DNA of 64,000 nucleotides from the NCBI RefSeq assembly GCF_009914755.1, contig NC_060937.1. The stretch is one strand, 5' to 3'. The position numbers were made by a program, and so were the translations under genes. Positions 10,682-22,823 of this stretch are shown piece by piece. Position 1 is the first letter of the stretch. Every line of letters begins with the position of its first letter. The DNA comes from the human T2T-CHM13v2.0 reference genome, Homo sapiens. The notes beneath the pieces are model-generated. The model saw only the letters and a list, made by a program, of their open reading frames with translations. It made no database searches and was not told the origin of the DNA.

Positions 10682-13470
10682 ATTTATTTTTATTTTATTG
10701 TAAGAACATAACATGAGATCTACTGTCTTGATTTTTAAGTTAACACAGTATTATTAACTATAGGCAACATGTTGTATAGCAGATCTCTAGAACTTATTGA
10801 CTTTGCATTACTGAAATGTCACACTTATGGATGAGCAACTTTCCATTCTCCTCTTAATATGGTTTGAATTTGTATCCCAACCCAAATCTCATGTGGAATC
10901 TCTAATTCCCAGTGTTGGAGGACAAGCCTGCTGGGAGGTGATTGGATCATGGGGACAGATTTCCCCCTTGCTGTTCTTGTGATAGTGCATGAGTTCTTAT
11001 GAGTTCTTGTTATTTAAAACTGTTAGGCAGCTCCCCCTTCTCTCTCTCTCCCTCTCCTGCCACAGCCATGTAGAACACGCCTACTTCCCTTTCACCATTC
11101 ACCATGAATGTAAGTTTCCTGGGGCCTCCTCAGCCATGCTTCCTGTACAGCCTGCAGAACAGTAAGCCTGTTAAACCTTTTTTATATATATTACCCAATC
11201 TCAGGTATTTCTATATAGCAATGCGAGAATTGACTAATACAAAAAATTGGTACCTAGGAGTGAAGCATTGCTATAAAAATAGCTGAAAATATGGAAGCCA
11301 CTTTGGAACTGGGTAATGGACAGAGGATAGAATAGTTTGGTAGACTTGGAGGAAGACAGGAAGATGAGGGAAAGTTTTGGACTTCCTAGAGACTTGTTGA
11401 TTGGTTGTGACCAAAATATTCATAGTGAAATGGAAATATTGATAGTGAAGTCCAGGCTGAGGAGATCACAGACAGCGATGAAGAACATATTGGGGACTGC
11501 AGTAAAAGTCACTCTTGCTACGCTTTAGAAAAGAGACTGGTGGCATTGTGCCCCTGCTCTAGGGATCTATGGAACTTTGAACTTGAGAGAGATGATTTAG
11601 GGCATCTGGTAGAAGAAATTTCTAAGCAGGAAGGCATTCAAGATGTGGTCTGGCTGCTTGTAACAGCATATGCTCATATGCATGAGCAAAGAGATTATCT
11701 GAAACTGATAGTTATATTTAAAATGCAAAGACATCATAAAAGTTTGGAAAATGTGCATCCTGACCATGTGAGAAAAAAAAAAAAAATCTGTGGAGGAATT
11801 CAAGCAGGCCTGCAAAAATTTGCGTAAGTAAAGAGGAGTCAAATGTTAATAGCTAAGACAATGGGAAAAATGCCTCAAAGGTATTTCAGACATCTTTACA
11901 GCAACTACTCCTATCACAGTCCCAGAGGCCTAGGAGGGAAGAATGATTTCCTGGGCTTGGCCCAGGGCCTGCTGCCCTTCACAACACTGGGACACTTCTG
12001 CTTGTGTTCCAGCTGTTCCAATTGCAGCCACTACTAAAAGGGCTCCAGATATGTCTCAGGCTGCTGGTCCAAAGGGTGCAAGCTGTAAGCCTTGACAGTT
12101 TCCATGTAGTGTTAAGCCTGCAGGTGTGCAGAGGGTAAGAACTGAGGCTTGGGTGCCTCTGCCTAGATTTCAAAGGATGTATGGAAAGGTCTGGATGTTG
12201 AGCAAGATGTCTGCTGCAGGAGTGGAGCCCTCATGGAGAACCTCTACTAGGACAGTGCAGAAGGGAAATGTGGGGTTGGAGCCCAGACACAGAGTCTCCT
12301 CTGGGGTGCTGTCTAGTGGAGCTATGAAAAGAGGGCCACCATTTTCCAGACCCTAGAATGGTAGATCCACTGACAGCTTACACCTGGAAAAGCCACAGGT
12401 GCTCAATACCAGACTGTGAAAGCAGCTGTGGGGCTGTTCCCTGCAGAGCCACAGGGGTAGAGCTTCTCAAGGTCTTGGAAGCCCACCCCTTGCATCAGTG
12501 TTGATTGAATGTGAGATATAAAGTCAAAGGAGACTATTTTGGTGCTTTAAGATTTAATGACTACCCTCCTGGGTTTTGGACTTGAATAGGGCCTGTAGAC
12601 ACTGTCTTTTGGCCAGTTAATACCTCTTCAAAAGGGAGTATTTACACATTACCTATATCCCTACAGTATCTTAGAAGTAACTAACTTGTTTTAGATTTTA
12701 CAGGCTACTAAGCAAAAGAGAATTACCTTGTCTCAAATGAGTTTTTGGACAGTGGACTTTTTTGTTAATGCTGAAATGAGTTAAGTCATGGGGGACTGTT
12801 GAGAAGGGGTGATTGTATTTTGCAATGTGAGAAGGATATAAGATTTGGGAGGGGTGGTAGGGGAATTATACCGTTTGGAATGATATGAGATTTGGGAGAA
12901 GTGGTGGAGAAATTGTATGGTTTAGATTTGTGTCCCTGCCCAAATCTTATGTTGAATTGTAATTCCCAGTGCTGGAGGAGGGGCCTGGTGGGAGGCGGTT
13001 GGATCATGGGGGCAGATTTCCTTCTTGCTGTTCTTGGAAGATCTGGTTGTTTAAAAGTGTATAGTACCTCCCGCTTCTCTCTCTTACCCTTGCTCTGGTT
13101 GTTTAAAAGTGTATAGTACCTCCCCCTTCTCTCTCTTACTCTTACTCTTGCTCTGGCCAGCAAGAAAGCTTCCCCAGCAATGCTTTCTGTACAGCTTGAG
13201 GAACCACTAGCTAATTAAACCTTTTTTCTTTATAAATTACCCAGTCTCTGGTATTTCTTTATAGCAGTGCAAGAACAGACTACACCCTCCTCTGTGGCCC
13301 TGGCAACTGCTATTGTAATCTCTGTGTCTATGAGCTTGACTATATTAGATACTTCATATACATTAATAATACAGTATTTGTTCTTCTGTGACTGACTTAT
13401 TTCACTTAGCCTGATGTCCTTGAGTTTCATCCATGTTGCCCAATATTGCAGAATATTCTTTTTTTTAAAA
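10682..13470 (-). mobile_element. L1MA10/L1MB1-like 3' end, split by the MSTA element (L1 parts 10682-10854 and 13285-13470)
   Basis: aacatgagatctac...ttaactataggcaacatgttgtatagcagatctctagaacttatt continues after the MSTA as ccctggcaactgctatt...tgactgacttatttcacttagc...ttcatccatgttg. Confidence 0.85.
10855..13284 (+). mobile_element. MSTA-type MaLR provirus: 5' LTR 10855-11241, internal 11242-12912, 3' LTR 12913-13284
   Basis: Two homologous LTRs (atggtttg/agatttgtg/atccc...aattacccag/atctc...gactaataca); internal begins aaaaattggtacc and contains MaLR-int motifs ggaactttgaacttgagagagatgatttaggg and cctagatttcaaaggatgtatggaaa. Confidence 0.92.
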
Positions 13471-13895
13471 TTGGATATTCCATTCCAAAGAAGACGAACA
13501 AATGGTCAAGAGGTATGTGAAAAGATAATCAGTGTCATTAATCATCAGGCATATACAAATAGAAACCACAATGAGATAATACCTCAAACTTGTTGGGATG
13601 GCTATTATTAAGAAAAAATAAAGTTAAGTGTTGGAGGGAATGGGGAGCAACTGGGACCCCTGTACTGTTAATGGAAATGGTGCAGCTTTATAGAAAAAAG
13701 CATGGAGATTCCTCAAAAACTAAAAAGCAAAACTACCTTATGATCCAGCAATCCTACTTCTGGATATTTATCCAAAAGAACTGAAATCACAATCTTGAAG
13801 AGATTTTAGCACTCCTATGTTCATTGCAACATTATTTACAATAGCTAAGATGTGAAAACAAACTAAATGTTCATTAACTGACAAAAAGATAAAGA
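13471..13895 (+). mobile_element. Inverted upstream segment of the same L1
   Basis: ccaaagaagacgaacaaatgg...aaaccacaatgagata...tatgatccagcaatcctacttctgg...gataaaga in sense on +, abutting the minus-strand L1 piece. Confidence 0.85.
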
Positions 13896-14354
13896 GTTAT
13901 ATTTGGAACAATAGGAATTAAACATTTTTTATCTTTACATTTCCTAAACTAAGGCACTGAGATAAAGAGTGCTTTAGTTTTGGTGATATCAAGCTACATG
14001 GAGCCATACTACAACATGTACCTTAACACAAGACTGACTACCGTCAGAGGTGAAGACTGTTGTCCTTTACCAAAATTTATTTCTCCCATATTCTATTGTT
14101 AGAGAATTATAACTGGAGCTATAGCTATCTAATATGGCTGTTTCCAAGCCTGTTTACTGTATGATGTGGGCAGATGACTAATTTGTTGATGATAAAGTGA
14201 GCAAAATTATATATGAACATTTTGGGTCCGACCCTGAAAACATGAGTTACTCTTTCTCCCATATTGTGCTTGCCTTTTCACAGCCATGAAAGTGGACAAT
14301 GGGAATTCCAGCTTTGGGACATCAGACAAGGCTTGTTTTCACTAAACTAACTGG

Positions 14355-15480
14355 ACACTTGTCATTCGTAAATTGACAATATATGTATAGGACTATTTCT
14401 AGACAATGTGTTTTGTTTTATTGATCTCTATGTTAATTCTTACACCAATTTCACATTGTCTTTATTAGAGTTCCTTGACAGAAAGTCTCAATATCAGGTA
14501 TGAGTCCTTAATATTTGTTATTTTTTATCATTGTAATGGATATTTGCATTTTTTAATTTTCCCATTTAAATGTTGAAATCAGATTGTCAATTTCTGGCAA
14601 AATCATCAACTGGAAATGTGGTTTAAAATATTTAAAATCCATAAATCAACTTGGGACCATATAAAATGTTAACATAATAAAATTTTTGATTCATAAATGC
14701 AACAAATATCTTCATATATTTAGTTTTTTCTCAATTTTCCCATCAATTTTTATAGATTTTAGTATACACATTTTTCTTATAATCTGTTATACTTATGCCT
14801 AAGCATTTCATATTTTATTCTATTGTGAATTATGTCATTTTTAACTTTTAGTTTTCTGTTGCTCATAACTTTCCTCAAATGTAAATTATTTTGCATATTG
14901 GCATGTAAACTTTTGATACTCTAAACTCATTTATTTTTAGTAATTCGATGGTACGGCCTGTAATTTTCTAGTCATTATGCTATTCACATATAAAATACAC
15001 AAATATAATACAATTATATGTCTGTTTTTTCAAACTCTGTACTTTTTATTCCCTTTCCTTGTTTTATTGTATTTCCCAACATATCCAAAAATGTTCAATA
15101 AAAGAGATGATTTTACACCCTTGCCTTGATCAATCCAGTGAGAATGCATTCGGTTTTTTGCAATTATGTAAGATGTTAGGTATAAGTTTCTCATATATAG
15201 ACTTTATCAGATTGAATAAATTTTATATTCTTTGCTGGTTTAGAATTTGCAGTTAAATTTTGGATGTAATTTGGTAATACTTTGACCAAGGAATTTTGGT
15301 TACTTTCTTCTAAATGTATGGTGTTTTTTTCCTTAATTTTTAAGTCTGGTTTTGATCTCTGTACAATTTTAATTTCAGAATTTAAGTTAGAAAGGGTCCC
15401 TGACTTTGATGTTTTAAAAATTATTGTGTAGAATTTCCATTATTTGTTTATAATTATTTGTTAATCTTATATTTATTCAT
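14355..15480 (-). mobile_element. Ancient L1 (L1ME/L1M-type) ORF2 fragment
   Basis: ttgatctctatgttaattcttacaccaatttcacattgtctt, tcagattgtcaatttc, tttatgcctaagcatttcata are antisense L1 ORF2 motifs, heavily diverged. Confidence 0.65.
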
Positions 15481-16018
15481 TTATTTTTTCAATGTTTTAT
15501 CAAAATTGATATATATACAAATAATATTTATAATGTATCTATAAATATATATTATATACACACACAGGTGGAGAGGGAAAGAGAGTACGAGAGAAATACT
15601 GCAAGGTTGATTGCATTTTATATAAATGTTGCAATGCAATGTCATTAATGTTTTAAAAATTTTTCCAAATAGTTTAAGGAAAATACTATTATTTGCTCTG
15701 TTACTTAAGCTTATCTACTTAATGCTTTTTATTTTTTTTAAGATTTAAAAAACAGAAAACTATATGAAATTATACATATGATTAACAATATTTGCTGAAA
15801 GATGTGTCATCTGTGGATGTAGTAGCAGAAAAGAAATCTATTTCAATTGGGTTGGTGTTCGGCATAATATAACTTCTTATTTTGGAAATATCGTACTAAA
15901 ATTAAATTGGGAAAAGCTTTAAAAAATAAATGAACACATTTTTGATTGAAAAATTTAGTGACGGCACTTAATATTTTATATACCGAGAAAAAAATTACTT
16001 AAATTTTGTCTGCATTTT

Positions 16019-16425
16019 CTGTTAGTTTTCTATTCCTGCTCTAATAAATTATCACCAAGTAACTTGGAACAACACAAATTTATAATCTTGCATTTCAGGA
16101 TGTCAGATGCCATACATGGGTCTTTCTGTACAGAAATCAAGATGTCAGTAGGACTGAGTTAATTTCCTGTGGACATGTGAGAGAATCCACTTTCTTGCCT
16201 TTTCCAGCTTCTAGAAACCACTTTGTTGTTGTTTTGTTTTTGTTTTGTTTTGTTTTGGCTCATGGGTGCCTTCCACCATCTTCAGAGCCAGTAACATGGG
16301 GCCAAGTCCTTCTGATAATGCCAATTTCTAACCCTGTCGTCCTATTCCCTGATTTGCTTTCAAAGATGTGTGTAATTACATTGGGCCCAGCCAGATAATC
16401 CAGAATAATCCCCCTATTCTCAAAT
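16019..16425 (-). mobile_element. MLT1D/E-like MaLR LTR (partial)
   Basis: gttagttttctattcctgct...aacaacacaaatttat...cttgccttttccagcttctaga...ttacattgggcccagccagataatccagaataatc. Confidence 0.75.
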
Positions 16426-18244
16426 TTATTTTTATATGTCTAAAAGAAGTAACAATACCTCAGAATGTATCCTTAAAACTTTCTCCAAATTATCTAACTT
16501 GTACAAATCACTTAGCCTTTTCCAGTCCCTGCTATTGTATCTGTGAACATAGGAATAGCATAGTAAATTATCCCTCAATCAGTGACATCCCAGCAAGAAA
16601 CATAGAACATACTCAAACTCAGTAATTGAAAGAGAATTTAAGAAATTTTTGTAGAGTATAGGAAACTCAAAAGTTTCTATGACAAGTCATTGGGGGTGGA
16701 GGGATGAGTAGATAAGGGAATATTTATTCATACCGCTATGCCTGAAGGGACCAGATTATTCAGCTAACTTGGCCCTGAAAAAATCTTTGAGTGGAGAGGG
16801 CCACCTGATAGGAATTCAGGAATTGTAACTTTGAGTACAGGGTCACAGTCAGCTATTAATAGGTGAGGAAACATAAGAGCCTGACCTCACTCTCCACCTT
16901 CTCTTCAGTTGCCACAGGTGCCCGTTGCCTCCAATACTTAATAATGATGTGATCTTAACAATTTACTCAACTTCTTTGTGATCTTAATTTCTTTAATAGT
17001 ATGTTTGTTTTGAGCTTTAAATGTACTCATATCTGCAACTTTATTAAAACTGTGATTGGTCCTTAATAAAACTCAGGAATTGCTGATTGCAATTATTATT
17101 AGAAACATTATCATCACATGTCTCTTGGTTGTAGGGAATTGATTCAGAACACAACACTGGCATGTTTAGGGCATTAGAATGGAGAAAAGAGGGATAGATA
17201 AATACAAATAAAATAGTTTATTCAATATTGAGTAGTTAATATATGTCAGGAATTTTGTAGGCATTATAAATAGTTCATGACACTGGGTACACTGGTAAAT
17301 TAAAATTCAAGATGGTATATGGCAGAGTTGAATTGTGAACAAAGGCAGTTAAACTGGAATATAAAATAATCAATTTTGTATTTTTCTAAGATAGCTGCAG
17401 AAGCAGCTTATATGATGAATATAATGAAGGACAGAGTGACTTGGAAAATCGGTTAGCAAAATATATGACAGGCAAATCACATTCCTCTATCACAAGAGGA
17501 CAAATCATTGGCTATCACCAATCTGAGAGCCAGCATCTGAAAGAAGGCATTAGAAAAAAATTAATCAAAGCACAAGTGTCATACATTTTTAAAGTATAGT
17601 TCTTCCTTCAGAATTATTAAAGCTCTTCTTTTGCCTTGAGAATTTCACACAAAATGAATTCATAAGAAGAATAAGATATAATCCTTGGTTTCTTTTGTGA
17701 GCTATATTGATAGGGAGGATTCATTTATACTGCCAATGCATTATTTCACAAATCTCTCATTTGAACATTTCAAGTAGAATAGAAAGTTTAAATTAACTAT
17801 ATTGTTACTTAAAAATGAATTTGATTAATATGTGCTATCTTTAGAGTCCTAAAGGATCTGTATGGTTTTATACAAGAAAGACGGTCCTTGAGACCAAAAA
17901 AAAAAAAAAGTAATCAAGTAGAGGGTGAAATTCTTCCTGCCTCGCTCTTCACTTGGTTTCTGCATTTTGTGTGCGAAAACCAGCTCACATACAAACATGT
18001 AACACAGGACTTATAAAAGAGTACATAATGTAAAGAATCCTATTTCTTGGAAGGTTGTATGTGGTTGTATGTCAAAAGTTATAATGCCATTAAAGAGAAA
18101 CACATTGTATAGCACAATACAAATTATTACTATGCAGTGTGGAAGAGTGAAAAAAGAGGTAGCTTGGATATAATCAACCTGGGTTTTAGTCTTTCCTGAG
18201 GCTTCAGGGATTTAACATAGCTGTTTACTTATGGGGATCCTAAA

Positions 18245-18440
18245 GCTAGACTGTGGAATTTGAATCATGGTTCCAGAACACACGCCTATACGTGACCAAC
18301 ATGAGCAAGTTATTTTTCCTGATTTTATCTCAGTTTTCTCATCAATAAAATTGTCACGATGAGCATTTAATATAAAACACAAGTAAGACTTCTTTTTAAA
18401 AATATTTAGTAAGTGTCTGTCATGATTGCTATTATTGTAA
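18245..18440 (+). mobile_element. MIR SINE
   Basis: tttgaatcatggttcca...gagcaagttattt...tctcagttttctcatcaataaaat core. Confidence 0.6.
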
Positions 18441-20511
18441 TTATTAATATAAATATTTTACTACCCTACTTAGAAGTCTAAGTTATGGAGGCCTCCTCCC
18501 CTCCACATCACTGACTGCCTTTGTTTTCTTAGACAAGTCACATAACCCTTAAGCAATGTGTCTTCATTGTGAAGTGAATATAAAAGGATTCCTAATATTT
18601 AATATCTTTCCAACTGTCAAATTATCTAGTGATTAGAACAGAAAATAAAACACAACTTCTTTGCTATCAGTGTTGCTGATATTTCAAAAGGAACTTGTGA
18701 AGAAGCTGTAATGCTCCCTGAAGTTGGCAAATCTGCTGGGACTTGACTTTCTGCTCAAAGTAAATTCTGAGGCTCCGGTTGTCTGTGGCGTGTTATTCAT
18801 CGGCTGATGGATGACTCAATGTTTAAATGCTAAGGCCACTGTACACACACATACATGCACACATGCACATACACACTGTAGAGCCACAATTATTTTGTTT
18901 TACAGACTTGGGGTATTTTGCAGAATTTTTTTAATAATGAAGCTGTGGTATTAAAACTGAAAAGTTAAAGGTAAAATGTAACAGTTTGTCACAATTACGT
19001 GTCATATTGGCAGGTGTTCTGAACTTTCTGTTTGAAAACTAGACATATAAATTTCAGTTCTTAAAGCTTTGCAGCCAATTTAAGGGCTCATTTATTTCAC
19101 TGACAGCAAGATGTATGTGCAGCCTCACATACTGGATGTCTGGGCCAAAATCGGCACTTTGTGGCTTGCTTGTCTCACAGGGAGTAAATAGTAGCAATTT
19201 TTCAGCATAGGCATGCTAGCACAAGGTGTTTAGCAAATAAATGAGCATAAGATGACCTGTGGTGTCCTGAAATTACTAAAATTCATGAATAATAAAATGA
19301 TCTATAGATTGTTAGCAGAGGGCTACAGCACAGGCTAATTTGCAGCCAGTGAAGCTTTACAGGATAATTTATAACTTTTGAAAATTTAATGACTTCATCA
19401 ATTTTTACCTATTTTTTACCAATATAATCTCCTGAATACCACTTTCAGCTATGATTTCCTTATAAGAAAATATCTAAGTCACCTACATGTTTAGGTTATT
19501 AAAATTAAGGTTGCTTTATTTAGATTTCTTGATTGTTTTATATAATTCAGACAATAATAGGGAAAAAAACCTTTAGTGGGTTCTGTGTGTTTTAATAACA
19601 AAATTTGTACAGAAAAAATAATGATTCTATGAAAAGAACTTTGCTATGACATACTACTTAGGTAGTTTGTTACTATTATTTTGGAGCATATTATTTCACT
19701 TTTGACAATTAAATTTTTTACGATAAATTCGAGTTCCAACACCAATTCGTTTTTTCTTTGCAAACTTCATAGAAAAAAATATTCCTTAAAAAACAGAAAT
19801 ATATATGCACTCTTATACTAAACACTACTTGGAAAATATTTTTAGTTCTTTTAAAACAATTAATAAATAATACTTGAGTTTTAGCTTTATGTTCACCTAC
19901 TAAAGACATATGATTTCTTTAAATTCCAGAATGTGCCAGTATGTGTGTTTTGTTTCACAATATATTTACATTTTATAGCTAAGTGTCTTAGATCAGTTAT
20001 TAGATTGCATTTAGATTATGGCTTTATGAGTCTATTCATTTTTTTATTTTCTGAATTTTCTGGTGGCTAAAACTTTTATATTTATATCACTGTCACATAC
20101 ATGAATAATACAGTTTTTATAGACAGAATTTTGTATAGACTTTTCTCAGTAATGTAGAATTTGTTGACTGAAGATAAATCTGGTTATGATGTGGAACAAA
20201 GAGTATTTTTCTACACTGTCTAAACAGGTTAGACAACACATAAGGTGATATAGGCATTGTCAAAATGGAATATGTATGTAAAGCAATGAAACTATTCTAA
20301 TCTGTAATACATAAAAAAGTTGAATGTAATTCAAAATGTTTGCAGTTGTATTTAGAATAGTGATACTACATAACTGTGGTATATTGGTGTGTGGACCTAC
20401 ATTTTATACTGTACATATTTTTAATGACAAGCATTTGTTTTTCTGAATTGCTCCCACCTTTTCTACTAGCATTTAATATAATGGAAGGAACACAAGAAAT
20501 AAAGTAGTCCA

Positions 20512-20821
20512 GGCCGGGCGCGGTGGCTCACGCCTGTAATCCCAGCACTTTGGAAGGCCGAGGCGGGCGGATCACGAGGTCAGGAGATCGAGACCATCCT
20601 GGCTAATACGGTGAAACCCCGTCTCTACTAAAAATACAAAAAATTAGCTGCACGTGGTGGCGGGCACCTGTAGTCCCAGCTACTCGGGAGGCTGAGGCAG
20701 GAGAATGGCGTGAACCCGCGAGGCGGAGCTTGCAGTGAGCCGAGATCGCCCCACTGGGCGACAGAGTGATATTTTGTCAAAGGAAGGGAGGAAGGGAGGA
20801 AGGGAGGGAGGGAGGGAGGGA
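20512..20821 (+). mobile_element. AluY SINE with a 12-bp right-arm deletion and a (GGAA/GGGA)n tail
   Basis: Near-consensus CpG-rich ggccgggcgcggtggctcacgcc...gagatcgagaccatcctggctaa...gagaatggcgtgaacc...gagcttgcagtgagccgagatcg. Confidence 0.95.
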
Positions 20822-22602
20822 GTCCAAATGTCTTGTTTATTTTCTTGCCATTGAATTCCCTGGACCTCAGTTTTATTATCCATAAACATGACATACTAAT
20901 AAAAGTCATCATGACAATCTTGGCTTCTGTGAGTACCATATATGCATGTGATAGCCCTAAAGTACTCCAATTATAATTCCCATAAAAGGAAGAGACTACT
21001 GGCTAAGTGAAGAATTCAAAAATAATTATGTTGCAAATATGTCAACAAATTGTGAAAAAGGAGAGGAAGAGGGAGAAATGTTTAACCTGTTTAGGGATAG
21101 AGCAATCTATTTTAAAGTGAATTATCCTAGATTATGTTTAATAACTTATTTTTTCATTTGCCAAAAATTATTCAGTATAAATATGACTTGTCAGAAAGAG
21201 AGTTTAGAGCCAAGAGGATCAGAGTGAATTATTGACAGTCAAAAACTGAGTGTGGATATTTACTTGCCTTTAGCTTATTTTTTCATAGACAAACTGAGCT
21301 ATTTTAAGGTTGTGAGTTGAGATGGACAAATAAATTAGATATGTAATTGAACAAGTAATACATATTGAGAAATGTATTCTACAGGAGAAATGAACTTGCC
21401 AGTATAATAAAATAAAAAATGTTTGGTGAAAAAGAAATACTATCACCATCAATTTGACCAGTTTAACATAAATTAAACATAGTTTGGTATGTGGGAACCC
21501 TTACTTAAATCCTCACCTGTTTTTCCTATGGGCAATTTTTCATTTTCTTTCTTTTATTGTCTCATTAATTTCCATTATTATTTTAAATATTGCTGTGAAT
21601 AGTGAAAAATAGATATTAAAAATGTCTCAAATTGAGAGTCAAAAAGGGAAGAGCAACTAGAAACAGAGAATTGAGTCAATCAGCTCTCATTCCATTTATT
21701 GCCTCTCAGTTTTTTTATCTTGTCTTTATTAATTATTTTTTATGGCTAATTGTACCTTCCCATTATCAACCCTTAGCTTCACTACCAAAAAGAGGACTGT
21801 GTTTATTTCTTTTATTTCAAATCTTAGGGGAAATTTTGGTTTGTTTGGCTTGGATGATATATTTGCCCTGTGGCTAGTGGTCAGGGTACTGTAGTTGTAG
21901 GATACTAGTCCTTAATTAGCAGCAAATGATACAGAGTCAAAGGGAAGACTGACACAGGTTTCATTGTTTACCCAATCTGTCCAACTCATCTGCTTTCTAT
22001 CAGGAGGAATAATTATCTAGGATCTTTCAGGCCTTCTCCTGGAATGTAAAATGTATTTATTTTAGAAATTATCGTGTATTTCACAGTCCAAATCTCCTTG
22101 AACTAGAGGTTTTCTAGAATGTTGAAGATTAGACATCCTTTTGACATAGTTGAGGTTTTTCTGTAATCACACTACAAGAGATTTTTACCTCATGAAATTT
22201 TTTGGTAGAAGGCCTGTGCTAAATAGCCTGTTTAGTCATTATCTATAAAACTAAAATCTCTGCATGTAAAGGCTCTCACATCTGAACCACTAGGTAGAAT
22301 AGATCTATTTAGCTATCCCAAGGCAGAGGCTAGTCCTGTAGACCTTGGCAATGACTTCCAAGAAGTAACTAAAGGCCAGAGTGCTGGCATGGCTCACCTG
22401 CCTGGGAAGTTGCCATTTTCTTCCATGTTGTGTCTCATTTGAGGACAAATTCTTATTGGGCAAGTATGCAGAGTAATTGGAGATGGGAAAGCCTGTCTAT
22501 AGTTCTTAAATGTTACAATATTTTCATTCTGATTTGTATAACATATTTAATTTTTAACATATACCCTGAATTTCAACTGGGGGTAATTTAGTAAAAAAAA
22601 AA

Positions 22603-22780
22603 TTATATATTATATATATAATTATATATATATATAATATATAATTTTTTACTTAGTTCTTAGTAGGAAATATATATCATATATAAATATATATCATCTT
22701 TATATATATAATATATATTTATATATAAGTGGAAATCATATATATAAATATATATCATATATATATTTCTTACTAAGTTT

Positions 22781-22822
<42 letters not shown>

Positions 22823-22823
22823 A
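22603..22823. repeat. TA-rich low-complexity region with (TG)n(TA)n
   Basis: Read directly. Confidence 0.85.

Noticed and set aside
14050-14330. Possible very old ERVL/MaLR LTR fragments (also near 1195-1275, 16570-16930, 21600-21960, 41400-41770)
   Set aside because: Similarity too faint to assign family or boundaries by eye.
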